64,000 bases of DNA from Monocercomonoides exilis PA203 (Eukaryota; Protista; Preaxostyla). The notes beneath the pieces are model-generated. The model had not been told where the DNA came from. It did not search any database and worked only from the letters and a program-made list of their open reading frames with translations. Shown here in pieces: positions 12,601 through 26,872 of the stretch (within the stretch, counting starts at the first letter, position 1; every line of letters starts with the position of its first letter). The translations under genes and the position numbers were made by a program. The stretch spans positions 1,674,001 through 1,738,000 of the forward strand of contig LSRY02000015.1 of the NCBI GenBank assembly GCA_001643675.2, read 5' to 3'.

Positions 12601-15600
12601 AAGCATCTTAGGCAAGCTGCAAAACATTTGGCGAGCTGTGTGAAAAGACAGACAGCAAAAGAAAGAGGCAATCCAGCAACTGACGGCTTCGGGAAGGAAG
12701 GCGGACGAACAATGGAATATGGCGCGAAAGTAGGCCTGCTGAAGTATGGAAGAGATAGAAGAGAATCAAACGAAGCAGTTGCATTTCCATTGTCAGGAGA
12801 AAGACTCATTGATGAAACTGTTTGTGATGAGGACTCTTGTTTTTGAGCTGAAAAAATGTTGAGTGAAGGAGGAACAGATGATGCAGATAGAAGACGGATT
12901 GAAAGAGCATAATGAAGTGGCGAAGAGAATGTGGTTTGCTTTAGAAAATTGAGGGATCCATCACTTTTGACTGGGGATGATAGAGGAATGCAGCTTGGTT
13001 GGATCAGAGGTGCTGAAGAGTTTATTATCACGATTGGCTTTGGCACGCTGTGGATTTGACTGAACTTTGAAGCATCCTTATGCGTTGTATGTGAAAGAGA
13101 TAACAAAGAGTTTGATTTGAGCAATGAAAATGAAGGAGAATTCGAAGAAATGCTCGATGAAAGTTCAGTAGATGATGGAGTCGATATGCCAAAGCGCATT
13201 GCAGGAGAGTTTCCTCCATATGAATTGATGTCCACAACTTCTTTCACTGGAATGTATTCAGATTCAACATCAAATCGAAGGAAATAATGCGTTGGGTTCA
13301 TTGGCTTTGGACATTCTTCGCACAAACTGGTCAGAAATGATAAGAGTGATAAAAGTGCAGTAAGCACATCAAACTGTGCCAATCTTCCAACATCGTCCAA
13401 AAGCAGAAGCTCGTTCATCAGCTCAGATACGTTCTGCTTTGCTGCTTCTTTCTGTTCAACAACAGCTCGCAGGAAGTGCGATGTGAACGGGATTTGTGAT
13501 GCATTGGTTTTCTTGTTTGAAAAAGAAGACTGATTTGATGATGACGTTGATGAGGATGTCGACTCTTCATATTGTTCAGATGCTCTCAATAAAAACATCG
13601 CTTCTGTCACACTTTGTTCAGCCAGTCGCTCTTCAAATGTCAATCCTGACGCTCCTTCGTTTCTCAAATTATTTGCAGAGATCATTGAAATAGCAGGATT
13701 AATAGAATTTGTCGAATTTTGAATAGTGTTTGCCACATTTAACGTTTTGTCTGTTAATCGTTTTCTTTTTCCTTCAAGAAGTGAATGGGTTGCATCTGTG
13801 CTATGAGTAAGATAAGCAAGAATATGAGTGATTATTCCCATGATAATAGCGCAAAGCAAGTGGACAGTAGTGGATGGTATAAGCTCAAAAGGAGCAAAAT
13901 TTAACTGTTTGGAATCAGATTCAGAAGAAGGCGAAGAAGAAGACGAAGATGAAGAGAGTTGCACTAAAGAAAGAGGCTTGAAAACTTCTATCGGAACACC
14001 TTCAGATATTGAACGATAGACAGCTCTCAGAAGAGGAGATGGCAGCACAATTCTGCGCGAGCTGGAACTTAAATCAGGAGAAGACAAAGGAAGACCATCA
14101 GCCAATGAATGTTGTTGAGACAATGACGATGCTGATGCATTGGCAGTGTTTGAAGAAGAATCTGTTCCTTGCCCGTTGTCTCCCATTTTCATAACTTTCA
14201 TCATTTCTTCGTTTTCGCTTTCATTTGTGGTGCGATTCCAGATGGGTTGGGCTGGAATCATCGAGCGGCATAAAGCTGCAGTTGATACAAATCGCTTCCA
14301 TGAAGCTAAAGTGCGGATTCGCGAGTTACGTCTGAATGAAGATGCGTTCGAAAGACGCATCAGATAAGGAATAAAGTGTATCGGAAACATATGCGTGTTT
14401 CGATTTTCGCTTGGTAAATCTGAATTTTTGAGAAAAAAAGACAATCAAATATCAAATTAAAAAAGAATTATGCAATAAAATTCATTTGAAAAAAAAATTT
14501 TTTTCAAACCAGAATTGTCAAAGCATCCCATCATCAGAGCTTTTTCAAAATATGTTGCATGGAACTCAAACATTGCATCGCCTGAATAAAGTGAACGTTC
14601 TGGAGTTGAATGAGCACAACGATATGAATCAAGATCGACTCCATTCATTCTGCACACAAATGACAAAAGAGAACGGAAAGAAGGCTCAGCTGAGATTGAT
14701 TCCGTGACAGACTCCATAAGCTCTGTGAGACAAGCAGGCGAAAGAAGAGATCCAACCACATTTTTCATCTGCTTTTCCGCATCGTTAAGAAGTTTGAATG
14801 CTTTTTCAATGTAAACTTCAGGCAGCGATTTGTCAGGAGCCTTTGTTGAAGAAGAAGCAGCTGTTGAAGTTGTATTTGTAGCTGTTTTTTCTTTGCTTTC
14901 CATCGTTTTTTCTCCTTCAAGTAGCACGCGAAGAATCTGTCGTTGTGCCTCTCTTGCAATTGATGAGAGTTCAATCGTTATCAAATCAAATGCCACACTC
15001 CGCGCTGTCTCAAGTGCTGAAAGATGGCACGTGGCTCTCAAAAGACGCTTCATTGCAGATGCAGTCCGTTTTGGTGACAATGATGCAAAGCCTCGAGGCG
15101 TGCGGCGGATGGATGATGATGGAGATGCTCCGTGCGGCGAAGCACTTTGCATTTGATCAGCAAATTCTTGTGAAGAAGATGTGGACATGAAAAATCCTGC
15201 TGCTGAAGATGGGCGCAACGTTCCATACATCTCATCGTTGGCTGAATCTTCTGGATCTTCGTCGTTGCTATAGACAGACGATGAAGACGTTACAGCTGGA
15301 ACCCAAAGTGGCTGCTTTTGAGCTGTTGAGTCGTTGAATAAAGAAGCTGATTGGGTTGAATTCATCAAAGATTGGCTGCCTTTTGAGGAAGACGAATTGC
15401 TTCTGTCTTTTTTCAGCTCTCTTTCCAGCGTTCTATCAAATTCATACGATGCATCGTCCAACAGTTGGAAATTAGCAGATGACATTTCAGTTTTTGCTCT
15501 TGTTTTGTTTGATAGATATTCATTTTCTTCGTTTTCTCCAAATGGACGATCGTCGTTTGGTTCATCTTCTTCTTCATCGTCTTCTTCCAAATCAATGGGG

Positions 15601-18600
15601 GATGTTGAAGATGACTCGGATGATTCAGATTCTTCATCTTTATCATCACTCTTTTCGTTCCCATCTTTGTCATTTGCTTTTTCATCTGCATTGTTTCGCT
15701 TTTGTTCCTCTTTTTGCATTCTGCGTTGGTTTTTCTTCATCTCCCGTTTCATTCTTTTCATTTCTCGCATTTTTCTATCTTCGTATTGAGCTTTCGACTG
15801 TTCAATATCCATCGTTTCTGCTTTGTCTATCTCTTCAATCTTCTTCTCTTCTTCTCTCTGTGATTCCACCAGTCTCATAGCTGCTTCCTCGTCAATGTTC
15901 ATATCATATCCTGTTGTTGACAAGCGCGTTGTAGAATCCAAGCAAATCTCATTGCCTCTTCTGAGCGACGCCGATAAAGAAACAGCACTTCCTCTTTCGC
16001 CTCTGTCCCACTTCTTCAGCAAATTTCTCAAAGTTCGGAACAAAATCGAGTCTTCTGGCATTTCGTTAGAATAAGAAGCATCTTCCGAGCCTCCTGTCAA
16101 TTTAGCATATCTTTGAAGTCTGTAGCGTCGCATGTCATTTGAGGCATATGCACTGAGAAGACATGATGGAGTCAGTACAAGCTGCCACTTCAGCTTTTGC
16201 TTCCTCATCGTTCTCAGCTCTTCCATAACATCTTTGTTACCATCTGCTTCATCGCTGTCTGGAGATCTTCCATCATTCGATTCGATTGTTCCTTTAATCA
16301 ATTCTTTTTCTCTGCCTTTCCAAAGCCATTTTCCTTCTCTTCTTCCGCTCATCATTCTCAGCTTTTTCCCAACACCCACAGCAACTCGCTGAATCGCTTT
16401 CCAAAATCCCTCGTGCACAACAAGAGCTTCAACAGCTGCGCCAAAAATATCGCACTTCTCCCACATCTTTCGGAGCAAAAGCATCAGTCCAGCAAGCAGC
16501 GCTGGTCGCTCGTTGGCCGTTTCCTCCAAGTGATCGCAAAGGAGCGACAATGAGAATCCTAAGAATGAATTCTCTGATAACACTGCTTCAGGATTTGAAT
16601 TTATATTTGATGTTTTTTCATTCAAAATATTGCTGCGATTTCGTTTTTGATCATCCAATTGAAACACATTCTCTACAAACAACTTTGCCAGCAGCGGTTG
16701 ATAATCAATTGCAGCTGATATGAACTCAACAACAGCAGCAGAAACAGAATGTGGAGTGTTTGGATCTGCAAACCTCATAACGATTGCATCTTTCAGTTGC
16801 ATTGCCTGTTTTTCGCTGCCAAAGAAGCGAATAAGCGGAGGCAGCTGAGGGAATCGAATGCTCATGCGGCACAGATGAGTTAATATTCTTGTTGAGACAG
16901 TTGAAATCTTGTTGTTGGATTGGTAGGCGACATATGATGCTAACACAAGCAGCCATTCGCGAGGCTCCTGTTTGGGCAACTGATCCGAATGCTTTAAAAT
17001 ACTTTCAGAAGAAAGCTTTGATGAGTCGTTTGGCTTTCTTGTTTCAAGAAGCTCCTTCAAAAGTTTGCTTGCAGCTGTTTCTTTGTGCTCTATCTGTTTA
17101 TTGACAGTATCATCATCCTGTGAAGGCACATCAACAAGAAAAGTGAGAATGAGCCTTTCAAATTGTGATAAATCCCTTAAAGCAGAAGCTGAGGAAGAAG
17201 AATTTGCTTGCTTTCCTTTCACACTTTCGTTTGGTGATGAAGCAGTCGCAGATGTATTTGACACATTCGAACCGGATCCTATTCCATTCATCATTTCGCT
17301 GACTTTTGATTCCTGCTCTTTCACCGTTAAATCGCTTGGCTGTGAGCTTTCCTTCTCTCTCCAATCAAACTCAAGTGAAATCAGCACAATCTCCACAACT
17401 TCCAAACACGCAGTAACTGTCTCTTCCAACACAGTTGCAATATTCTGCTGTCCAGATGCAGAAAGCTGTGTTGCGATCTCCATCGAAAGGCCTCCCGATG
17501 CTGTGAGTGTGAGCAGAGCCTTCTGCAGCACAAGATCTGTTTTGAGAGAAGCCAGAAGCTCAGCACGCGATTGATGGAGTGGGTTCGAGGATGGTTGAAT
17601 GTTGGCTAAATGTTGGTGAGCAGAGTTCCGTTTCATCAAAGTAGATTGAATCTCTTCTATTTGCAAGCTCTGGCTTGTTCCAATGTTTCTTGTTAGGGCA
17701 GCAATAGCAGTGTTCTCCATCGATGTGGCTTCGCGCGATGGAAACAGCTGTTTTTCTTTTTCGTCAGCTGTTATACTGTCTTCAACGGAAGCCATGAACA
17801 TATCGTCAATCCCATCGTCATATTCTTCAAAATCTGCAAATTCTTGCCATCTTCCTGGCTGATTGTTAGCATCGGCAGATGTGACATTATTCCACTTGCT
17901 CTGAATATCATCATTTCTCTTTTTGATTTCTTGATTCCGCTTTGCTTCTTCTGCCTTTGCATTTGCGTTCCTCGCTGCTTCGAACTTCAATCTTCTAATT
18001 CTCCTCTTTCTGTTCGAAATGGCCACTTCAATCGGAAGCGACTGGAGCACAAAGCGGAACATGTCTGTGCAGCGGAGCATTAAAAGCAGCTTGGTCAATT
18101 TGTTGTGGTGAATCCAGACATTTGGAATCATCACAAACACATCACGACGAATGATTGATATCATCTCAGAAAGAAGCATTGACGGATTGCTTAACGGAAA
18201 GCTCGACAAGAGAGAAGCAACAGATGGATGTGAATCAAAAGAAGAAATGGATAAAAGATCTAAGGGCACAGATGATGATAAGGAGGATGAGGATACAGTT
18301 GATGAATCATGTGCAAAAAGTTGATTAGGCTCCTCTTGTTTCAGAGGAACTGGAACAGAAGATGAGAGTTCAGTTGCCTTTGGTACAGCTGCTGTTTCGG
18401 AGACTTCTTTGATGATTGATGAGACAGAAAGAACTGGCAGCTTGATGCATCTTGCTGAAGAAGCAACAACGCGGCACAACCTCAGCAAAGCCAGCAAAGT
18501 TTGATAAGACCCTATTTTGGATTCTGTCGAGGTAACAATGTTAATTGCGTCGTGTATAACAGTGTTGAGTTCAACGTTGTATGTTGAGAACAACGAGACA

Positions 18601-21600
18601 AACGAATTTGTAATTCGTTGCATCTCAATTGCAACTTGTTCTGCTATTTTTCTTTTTGTTTGAGCTGATTGAATGTTTAATTGTTCTTTGTTCATGTTCA
18701 TATCTGGTTCAAAAATTGAATTTTCGCATTTCGTCAAACTTTTTTCGCTTCCGATTAAACAATTGCCCAATGAATTCGTTCTGTATTCTGGTGAAATGGT
18801 TCCATTGCTGGTCACAAACTGGTTGGGGCAGCACGACGAGCGGCAAAAAGGAAGCCAGCATGGAACTAGGAGAGTGAGTGTGCGAAGTGCAAGAGAAGAC
18901 AGCTCAAGCAGCTGTTTGCGCTCAGATTCAGAGGAAGAAGAGACAACAGACGATGAAGTGAGCTGAGATGATATGGAATGGATGAGCAAGATACACACAT
19001 TTGCCACAGAAACTGGTGGAGGTTGTGTTTGAAGAAGGCTGTTTGCTTGTGAAGTGCTGAGGATTGAAGAAGATGTTTGTGAAAGAGAAGAAGAAGAAGA
19101 AGAGAATTGAGATGAAGATAATGGTGGGAAATGTGGTGATGACTGAGAAGCAAGTCGAGAAGAATCATCAAAGATTGAACAAGGAGTAGAAGAAGAAGTA
19201 TTTGTAGAAGTCGTAGATTCAGCTGAAATGATAGAATTCATTGAAGAAAGCTGTTGGTCAATCACTTTGTGAATCGGTGGATGTGCACGAATAAGCGAAT
19301 GGATGAGAAGAAGAGCAGCGTGTGTTGTGGAAAGAGATGAAACAGATTGCTCTGCAGTGACTTTCTGCCAGGAAGAGCAGGAGTCAGGCATCTGAATGGG
19401 TGGATTGAGGATGTCTGAAGGAGATCGCGCAGAGGAAAGAGAGAAGAACGGGCGAAGAAGGAAAGGCCAGCCAGGATATGGTGATGGAGGGAAGAAGCGC
19501 ACAACCAGACCGATTGAGTTCAGAAAGTGTAGAGGAATAGGCAAAGTGAAAGAAAGCGGGAGTGGATCGTCGATTGCACGTGCTAGTGGAACACATCCAA
19601 CAATTTGTCCTTCAAAGCCAGATGGAATGACAACATTTCTGTCTGCTGCAAATTCCTCTTTCAGTTTGATGAATGGAATGTGCTGGGCATTCAGCAGCTC
19701 TTCTTCATAAAGAGCTGCTTTCTCCTGCAGCGCCTCCATTTCAATCTGCCCCAAAGCATCAAAAGCGCCTCCTGCCAATCCATCTTTCGTCAAATTCTGC
19801 TCTTTCCCCAAATTGTTTTCAGAGTGTTCCCCTGCAAATACTTTGTTTAACGACATCTGCACATCTTCATCCCATTTGATCTCCTGTCCTTCTGAATTCA
19901 CCGATTTCCATCCAAAACTGGCTCTGCCGTGGAGCAGATGTGACACAGGAACTATAACAGCCAATGACTCCATGTGATTGATTGCTTCACAGACTTGTGA
20001 AGCAGACTGAGAATCCTGCGAAAGAGAGGAATACAATCGGATGGCAGGTAAGCTGTCAGCTGGAAAAGAAGACACAGAATCTGAAAGGAGAGAGGCCAAA
20101 GACGGATTGGTTGTAGAGAGTTCCCAGTAAAGTCCAGCGAGTTTCGGGTGGTGGTATGTGACAACAGAAAGGAGAGAGAACAGAGCAGAGGCAGAAGGAA
20201 CGTTGGTGTGTGTGATTTCTGAGAGATATGTCAGCAAAGAGCCGAGTGTAGGGCGAGGCGGCTGCTGCGGCAGTGAAGTGGCAAGGGCAGAAGAGATGGC
20301 GTCAGACGAAGGAGAAGGAAGAGGAAGTGAGTCATCGTGCTGTTGAATAACTTCGATGATGTCTTGAGGTATTTGAGACAGAAGAGAAGGGAGAATGAGC
20401 TTGGAAGAGCGAAGTGTTGATGTGATAACACAAATGTACTCCATCAGAACGGTTTTGAATCCAAACAGGACTTGTTTGTGTGTCGCGGAATGCCGAACAT
20501 TGAATGAGGAGCCAGCACCCCGCGAAGAATAATTCGATTTCCAATCAAAAATGTTATTCCTTGTTCTGTTTGCTTCTTGTTCTGTTTTGTCTGCATTAAA
20601 CAGCCACATCGCATCGTTCCATTCACTTGTATCATCACCCAGCCCACTTCCGTCCTTTCCGTTCATCCATTTGTCATTCTGCTTCCAGTTGCATTCTTCT
20701 TCCTCCTTTTCTTCTTCTTCAAGACGTTCAATCAAATACGCAAAGGGCTTGTGCTTCAAAGCAAATGAGGCCAGCTTATTGAGTGTGTCAATTGTTGTTG
20801 CCTGTGGAGTTCCATTCATAATCGCCTCTGTGTCACCTTCCATCAATGTTGGCTGAGATAGAGAGAGAGGCGGAAGAGACGAAAGAGCTGTCTCACCCTG
20901 CTGCCCCATGCTTCTGCTCATTGAGTCAATTGGCATCCCATCAAGCCCGTTCATTCCTTCTCCTCCTCCAAATGCCCCAAACTGATTGCTTCTCCCTCTC
21001 TCGAAACTGTCGCAATTCTTATCAAATTCGTTCTCTCCTGCCATCTCTTCGTCTGCATTTGCTGGGTCCAGATCTTCCAGCACACCGCACTGCACGTGTT
21101 TCAGCACCAGACAGCACCAAGCAACGCAGATGACAGAAGCAGTAGCAGTCGAAGCAGAGCAGGCAGCAGAATTCGCATTCAGGTCAGCAAATCCAAAGGC
21201 CACTGCGCTTGGAGATAGAACAGCAGATAAAGCATCGAGGGAAGAGGAAGAAGACTGTTGGAGTGAAGAGGCAGTCAGTGCAGAAGAAGAAGGATCAAAA
21301 GAATGAAAAGAAGAAGCAGAAAGAGAAAACGAGTCAAATGAATCGAAAGAGCCGAATGGAAAGCTCAGAGAGCGGTTGAACTGAGAGCTGGAAGAAGCGC
21401 TGGACTCGATCCATTGGATGAAGCTGTTCAGAATCAGCTTCCGCTGCTCGTCAACCAGCACAAACGGATGCAGCTCTGCATAGTCGATTGAATTGTGTGA
21501 AATGGGATCACTTGTGAGTGAGTGCTTGGTGACAGACAGAGTGGCCTTTGATGTGATCGCAGAGGAAGCACGTGACTCTGGAAGAGAATGGATAGAAGAA

Positions 21601-23698
21601 GGTGATGCGGGCATTCGAGCAGGCTGCAGAACGCGGTGAAGGTTGAGTGATGGCGAGGCAGGCGAAGTTGCCAAGGGAACTGGGGCGATGGCAGTTGGGG
21701 TGAACATTCGTGTGGAAGATGGAGACGCAACAACTCCTGCTGTGCGCTGTTTGGGAGTAGAGAAAGGGCGAGGTGAGTGAAGAAGGCCTGGTGATTGTGA
21801 GATGGGAATCAGCTGTGTGGGCAAATGAAGTGAGGCAGGCAATGGGAGTTTTGAGGCGTTCACAGAAGAAGGTGTGCGACGATGACGTGAAGAAGCGCTT
21901 GGAGCTAAAGGAGGAACATTTTGAGAGTTTAATGAATTTGTTTGGCTTTCCTTTGGAGAGCTGTGGGCAGAGAATGTTGGCGAGCACAACTCTTCTTTCA
22001 ATTTTCCTTCTTTTTTCTTTGTTTTGGTGTTGATGCTTCCTCTCTCGCTTTCGAAATACGCTGCATTTTGTTCTGCTTCTTTGCCATTCTTTTTCTCGCT
22101 GAATGTTGCTTGAGACGCAGAAACAGGCTGCTTCGACTTCGCAAGCGAGGCTTCCAGATCAACTGCATATTCCAGCCGCATCGCCTCAATCAGCACGATC
22201 GTTGCACGCAGCTGGATGGCACGCACAGCAGATGCTATTTGACTCAGGATGTGCGGAGTCATTGAGTGCTTGTGGTTCGCTTTTGCGCTTTTAGATAATT
22301 GTGTTGATGTTGAACTAGCTGTTCCGTTTTGATGCCCCGCAGCTGAAGAAGACGGTTTCACAGAAGCTGCAGATGCTGGAGGAAAAGAAAATGGAGAAGG
22401 GTTGTTCGGCTTTGCGGCTGGAGGCAGGGTTTGAGTAGATGGCGTTGATTCATTTAAGGGCTGGATCCAGCATCTTTCAATGAAAATGGACAGTTTGTGA
22501 TGCAGCATTGATGTCTTTCGTATCACTGTGGAGTAGTCTTTCGCCTGCATCACACACAAGTCTGTGTATGATGTCAGAAACAGAGCATCGTACAAAAGAC
22601 TAATTTCTCGCAAAAGAGAGACACAAAAAGTTCCGCGGTCGAAAGGCATCTCGAGAATTGATGAAAAATCAGCTGAAGATTGATTCGATACTCCTCCTAA
22701 TTTTGTGCTATTTGATTTGGTTTTGTCTGGAATTGCTCCAAAAGTTCCTGTTGGAGAAAGATCAATGTCAAGGATGTAATCAATGCATGAGATAATTAAT
22801 CCAATAAATCCAGTAAGTTTGTGTGAATCTAAAGGATGAAGAAGATCAGAGGGTTCAAAAGAAGTAAATTTCTTCAGTCCCCCAATTGAAGATGTCGGAG
22901 ACGGCTTTGTTTGAATTGCTTCTTTTGCAAATGGAGAAGTTGTTAAATTCTTCGCAGGTGATTGTGTTGGAGAAAATACGGAAAGTCCATCCAAAACCTC
23001 CCCAGAAGGCGGAAGATTAAGCTCCTCTGCTTGCTCAGATGGATTGAGCACGTTTGATATCTGATTTAAGTAGTCTTGAGTTGTTTCTGATAAAATATCA
23101 TCAGTGTTGTTGGCTTTCAAAACTAATGTTGTGTATAACTCCAATAAGCTATGTCTCTCATTCATATAAAACAAAAAAAGTTGATTGATAAAATTCTTCA
23201 TATTATTTGGATCAATCTGAGGTAAATCAAAATCATTTACGGTATGTTTATCCTGTGAATTAACAATAAAAAGCAAACTTCTCGTATCCAAACTTCTTGA
23301 ATAAAATGATGTAGCAACTGAGCTGTTTTAATTTCATCGAGTCGCTGATTGTCCAATTTTTATTTGTTAAAATTAATTTTTCGCAGAGAAAAAAGGAAAT
23401 ATATTAAGAATGCAAATTTTTTCAAAATTTTTTCAAAATTGCACATATACAAATGCAAGAAACATACAAAATGTGAACTTATAGCACATATAAGAGCTTG
23501 CTGTTCTTCTGTTATCTGTATCTCTTGAGAATCAACAAAAATTATCCCAGATTTCAAATCTTGCTTCGATTTTTCATTTGGCAATGAAAAATATGTGCTG
23601 AGGGTCGAGATTGCTTTCCCCTTTTCGTCGTCCAAATACGCAAAGAAATCATTTTCGTCTCCTTGTTGAACAGCGAAAAGAGTTTTGGCAAATGACAT
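6606..23698 (-). CDS. NUP188: Nucleoporin Nup188-like protein, about 5,612 aa; predicted exons 23468-23698, 23294-23344, 14510-23252, 6606-14419
   Basis: ORFs 23360-23698, 14457-23291 and 6606-14444 join in frame through phase-compatible GT-AG introns (23345-23467; 23253-23293 or 23253-23278; 14420-14509). Spliced N-terminus FSLPNEKSKQDLKSG...ISSHFRLDEIKTAQLL...FLFYMNERHSLL and internal blocks LYWE..NPSLASLL..SVSSFP...IRLYSSL, ESKIGSYQTLLALLRL, LVLASYVAYQSN and VVEFISAAIDYQPLLAKLF occur in the order of recalled Nup188 conserved blocks. Confidence 0.82.
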
Positions 23699-24147
23699 TC
23701 TAAGATAAAAGTTGGTTTGATCATAATTTTTTCATTTATCTTTCAGAGACTTTTTTCAACGCAAACAATTAGCTAACATGCATATATGTTTCATATTTTA
23801 ATAATTCATTGAAACTATCCTTTATTTCACAGAGTTTTCAGTTTGGTATTCTTACAAGTTATGATTGTCAAAATACTCAATAATTATTCAAATTATTTTC
23901 AGATTGATTGTATTTCATTGTTCATATGGGGAAAAAGGCATTGTTCTATAGCTCTTCATACGTTAAAAAGCATGATTGTTTGGTTATTTGATTATTTTTA
24001 ACTATAAAGCGAAACGATGAAAAGGAAATCAAAATAGAACAAAGATAAAAATTGTTTGAATAATAGCTTTTGTTTCAGCAATTTTGAAATATCGCCTTTT
24101 CACGAGAGATCCGCTTTTTTGATGTTATCTTCTTTTTATTGTGATGT

Positions 24148-25068
24148 TTACATGTCAAGAAGAGCAGCATTGACAGACTTTTGCTTTCTCTTGATGTTGG
24201 CCAACTTTTGTCTGAATCTTTGTCTTCTCAACTTCAACGGCCATTTCTTCATTTGCCCTCCTGGGAACAATGGTCCTTTCTTTTCTGGAACTTTTTTCTC
24301 TGTTGGTTTGAATGATGGATCGGCTCTGATTGCTGCATGAGCGGACTTGTACATTGCTTCGACTTTATCAGCTGTGATTCCAGCCTTAATATATTGCGAG
24401 AAGTGGCTCTTGTATGCTCTTTCATCTTCTTTCTTCAGATCCTTCATGTATTTGGACACATGAATTCCAAAGATGTGCTCACGAAGAACAGCTGCATCAA
24501 GCTTCTTTGTTTTGGAGTTGTATCCAACAAGACGCTTGTCATTGTGTGGAATGTTCATACCACCATCAGTTGCTCCTTTCATAACTGCAAATACTTTTGA
24601 TCCAGTTGTTGTTCTGTGAAGACCAACATCGAGGAAGGCCTTGAACGGGCGTGGTCCTTTTGCATTTGGAACAACTGGCTTTGATTCTCCGGTTGCTTCT
24701 TTCACACCTGGATACAATTTGTCAAGGTGCAATTTTGCCAACAAGCGGCGTGCAAGAAGAAGACCAGTTGCATAGCATGCAGCATAATTTGTGAGACCAA
24801 CCTTGATGCCATATCTCTTGAGCTCGTGAGAATAAGCACTGCACATGCAGCTATCTCCGTACACATGGGCCATAACGATTTGGCAGATAACATCACGGTT
24901 TGTGATACGAACAACAAGTCTGTGCTTGGGGTTGTTGATGGTGCGCTGATCCTGAATAATAAGTGCCTTTCTAGCTGTATAATCAGTTTTACCTTCACGT
25001 CTACGACGATATTTTACTTGATAGCGACGATAATAAGCTTTATCTTTCTGAATTTTATGAAGCGGCAT
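24148..25068 (-). CDS. RPL5: 60S ribosomal protein L5 (uL18)
   Basis: KAYYRRYQVKYRRRREGKTDY, RLVVRITNRDVICQI, AYSHELKRYG, GLTNYAACYATGLLLARR, LDVGLHRTTTGSKVFAVMKGATDGG are uL18/L5 hallmark motifs. Confidence 0.98.
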   Translation of the reverse strand: MPLHKIQKDKAYYRRYQVKYRRRREGKTDYTARKALIIQDQRTINNPKHRLVVRITNRDVICQIVMAHVYGDSCMCSAYSHELKRYGIKVGLTNYAACYATGLLLARRLLAKLHLDKLYPGVKEATGESKPVVPNAKGPRPFKAFLDVGLHRTTTGSKVFAVMKGATDGGMNIPHNDKRLVGYNSKTKKLDAAVLREHIFGIHVSKYMKDLKKEDERAYKSHFSQYIKAGITADKVEAMYKSAHAAIRADPSFKPTEKKVPEKKGPLFPGGQMKKWPLKLRRQRFRQKLANIKRKQKSVNAALLDM

Positions 25069-25090
25069 TTCTCTCGATAATGTAAACTCG

Positions 25091-25169
25091 CTGTTTATAT
25101 ATCACATAAAATCAAATGTAAAATTATTAAAAGTCTCAAGAATTTACAGGATCATAATAACAAGCTCAC
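25091..25169 (-). other. Putative 5'-UTR intron of RPL5
   Basis: Minus strand AAG|GTGAGC ... AAACAG|CGAG, 79 nt and AT-rich, ending 22 nt upstream of the ATG. Confidence 0.45.
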
Positions 25170-25454
25170 CTTTATAGCGTTAGAATAAAAAATTCTCGCA
25201 AAGCAAGATCTGTTATATAATTCATTCGAATAAAATTTTTTCTTTGATCAAATGGAAATATCATCAACTGCAATAAACAGTTATTGATTTGGTTTTCAAA
25301 TGTTTGGGCAACGAATTTTTCTCAAACATTTGAAAATATTCGTTTATTTCGCAATGAAAAATTATTTTTTCAAAAAAGCGGAATGGAATTATCATCGTGA
25401 AGGTAACTTTTAAGTACAATGTGATTTATAAACCCACGCATTTTTATTAACTCG

Positions 25455-25586
<132 letters not shown>

Positions 25587-25593
25587 TTTGTTT

Positions 25594-26483
25594 GTTGAAA
25601 CAGAAGAAATAGTTGGAAAAAATAAAAAAGACAAACAGTTATTTAATTTATTGAATTGTTTTGTGAAAAAACCAAAAACTTTTGAATTCGATTTTCGTTC
25701 TTGATGATCAAAGGAATTTTTTGTTGATTTAATATCGTTTGTTTTGCTTGCTTTAAACCAACTTTCTTTTATTGTTTGTTTTTGATTAAAAGATCAAAAA
25801 CTTTCTCAATGAAACTTTTCTATTCAATGCGTGTTATGTTTTTATCTTATTTTCCCACTGTTTTTCACACTTCACCGTTTTCATCAATTTAATATGAAAA
25901 AATGAATGTTTTTATTTTATATTAAAAGATACGAATTAAATATCAATGAACAATGAAAACAATTAATTGATGCATTGGTAAACTTTCTTGTTAGTCATTT
26001 TGAATTGAAAAAAAAAGAAAATAAGTATTTTAATCTTTCACAATAATTGATTTGTGTGATAAAAGAAACATCATTTCACATATTTTTGTCATTACAAATA
26101 CTTTTTCAAGTTGTATTCTTTTTATGCACATCATTAAAAATATCGAATAACATCGTATCGCATGAAAATATTTTGATTTTCATATTAAATTGATGAAAAC
26201 GGTGAAGTGTGAAAAACAGTGGGAAAATAAGATAAAAACATAACACGCATTGAATAGAAAAGTTTCATTGAGAAAGTTTTTGATCTTTTAATCAAAAACA
26301 AACAATAAAAGAAAGTTGGTTTAAAGCAAGCAAAACAAACGATATTAAATCAACAAAAAATTCCTTTGATCATCAAGAACGAAAATCGAATTCAAAAGTT
26401 TTTGGTTTTTTCACAAAACAATTCAATAAATTAAATAACTGTTTGTCTTTTTTATTTTTTCCAACTATTTCTTCTGTTTCAAC
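25594..26483. mobile_element. Foldback/MITE-like element: 307-bp inverted repeats (25594-25900 and 26177-26483) around a 276-bp spacer
   Basis: Left arm gttgaaacagaagaaatagttgg...catcaatttaatatgaaaa is the reverse complement of right arm ttttcatattaaattgatg...ccaactatttcttctgtttcaac. No mismatch seen by eye. No ORF. Confidence 0.85.
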
Positions 26484-26872
26484 GAACTAAGTAAAAACCG
26501 GACTTTTTAATCACCAAATCGGGTGAATATGTTACTTCAAAATTTTTTATTGAAAAATAGTGTACTTTTTTATTGACTTTTTGCGATCAAAAAATATGAA
26601 TGAAATGAGTTCATTTTTTGAGATCCTTGTGAGGTCACGAAACATAATATAGTGATATCAATAATACCTGTAAATAGATATGAGAATCATATTTATATAG
26701 AAATCTGAGAGAGAGTTATTAAAGTTATGAGAGAAACAATTTTTCTGTGCTTTGTGCAAAACAGCTTGAAAGTTCAAATTTTCACACATATTTTTGTATT
26801 TGTGTTTCATATTTTGAACAAGTGTTTTTGAGTAGTTTATTTTGCTGCATTTTCATGTGAAAAAGAAAATAG

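Noticed and set aside
14444-14457. Treating the 2944-aa and 2612-aa ORFs as two genes or as a programmed frameshift
   Set aside because: An AT-rich, phase-compatible GT-AG intron (14420-14509) joins them.
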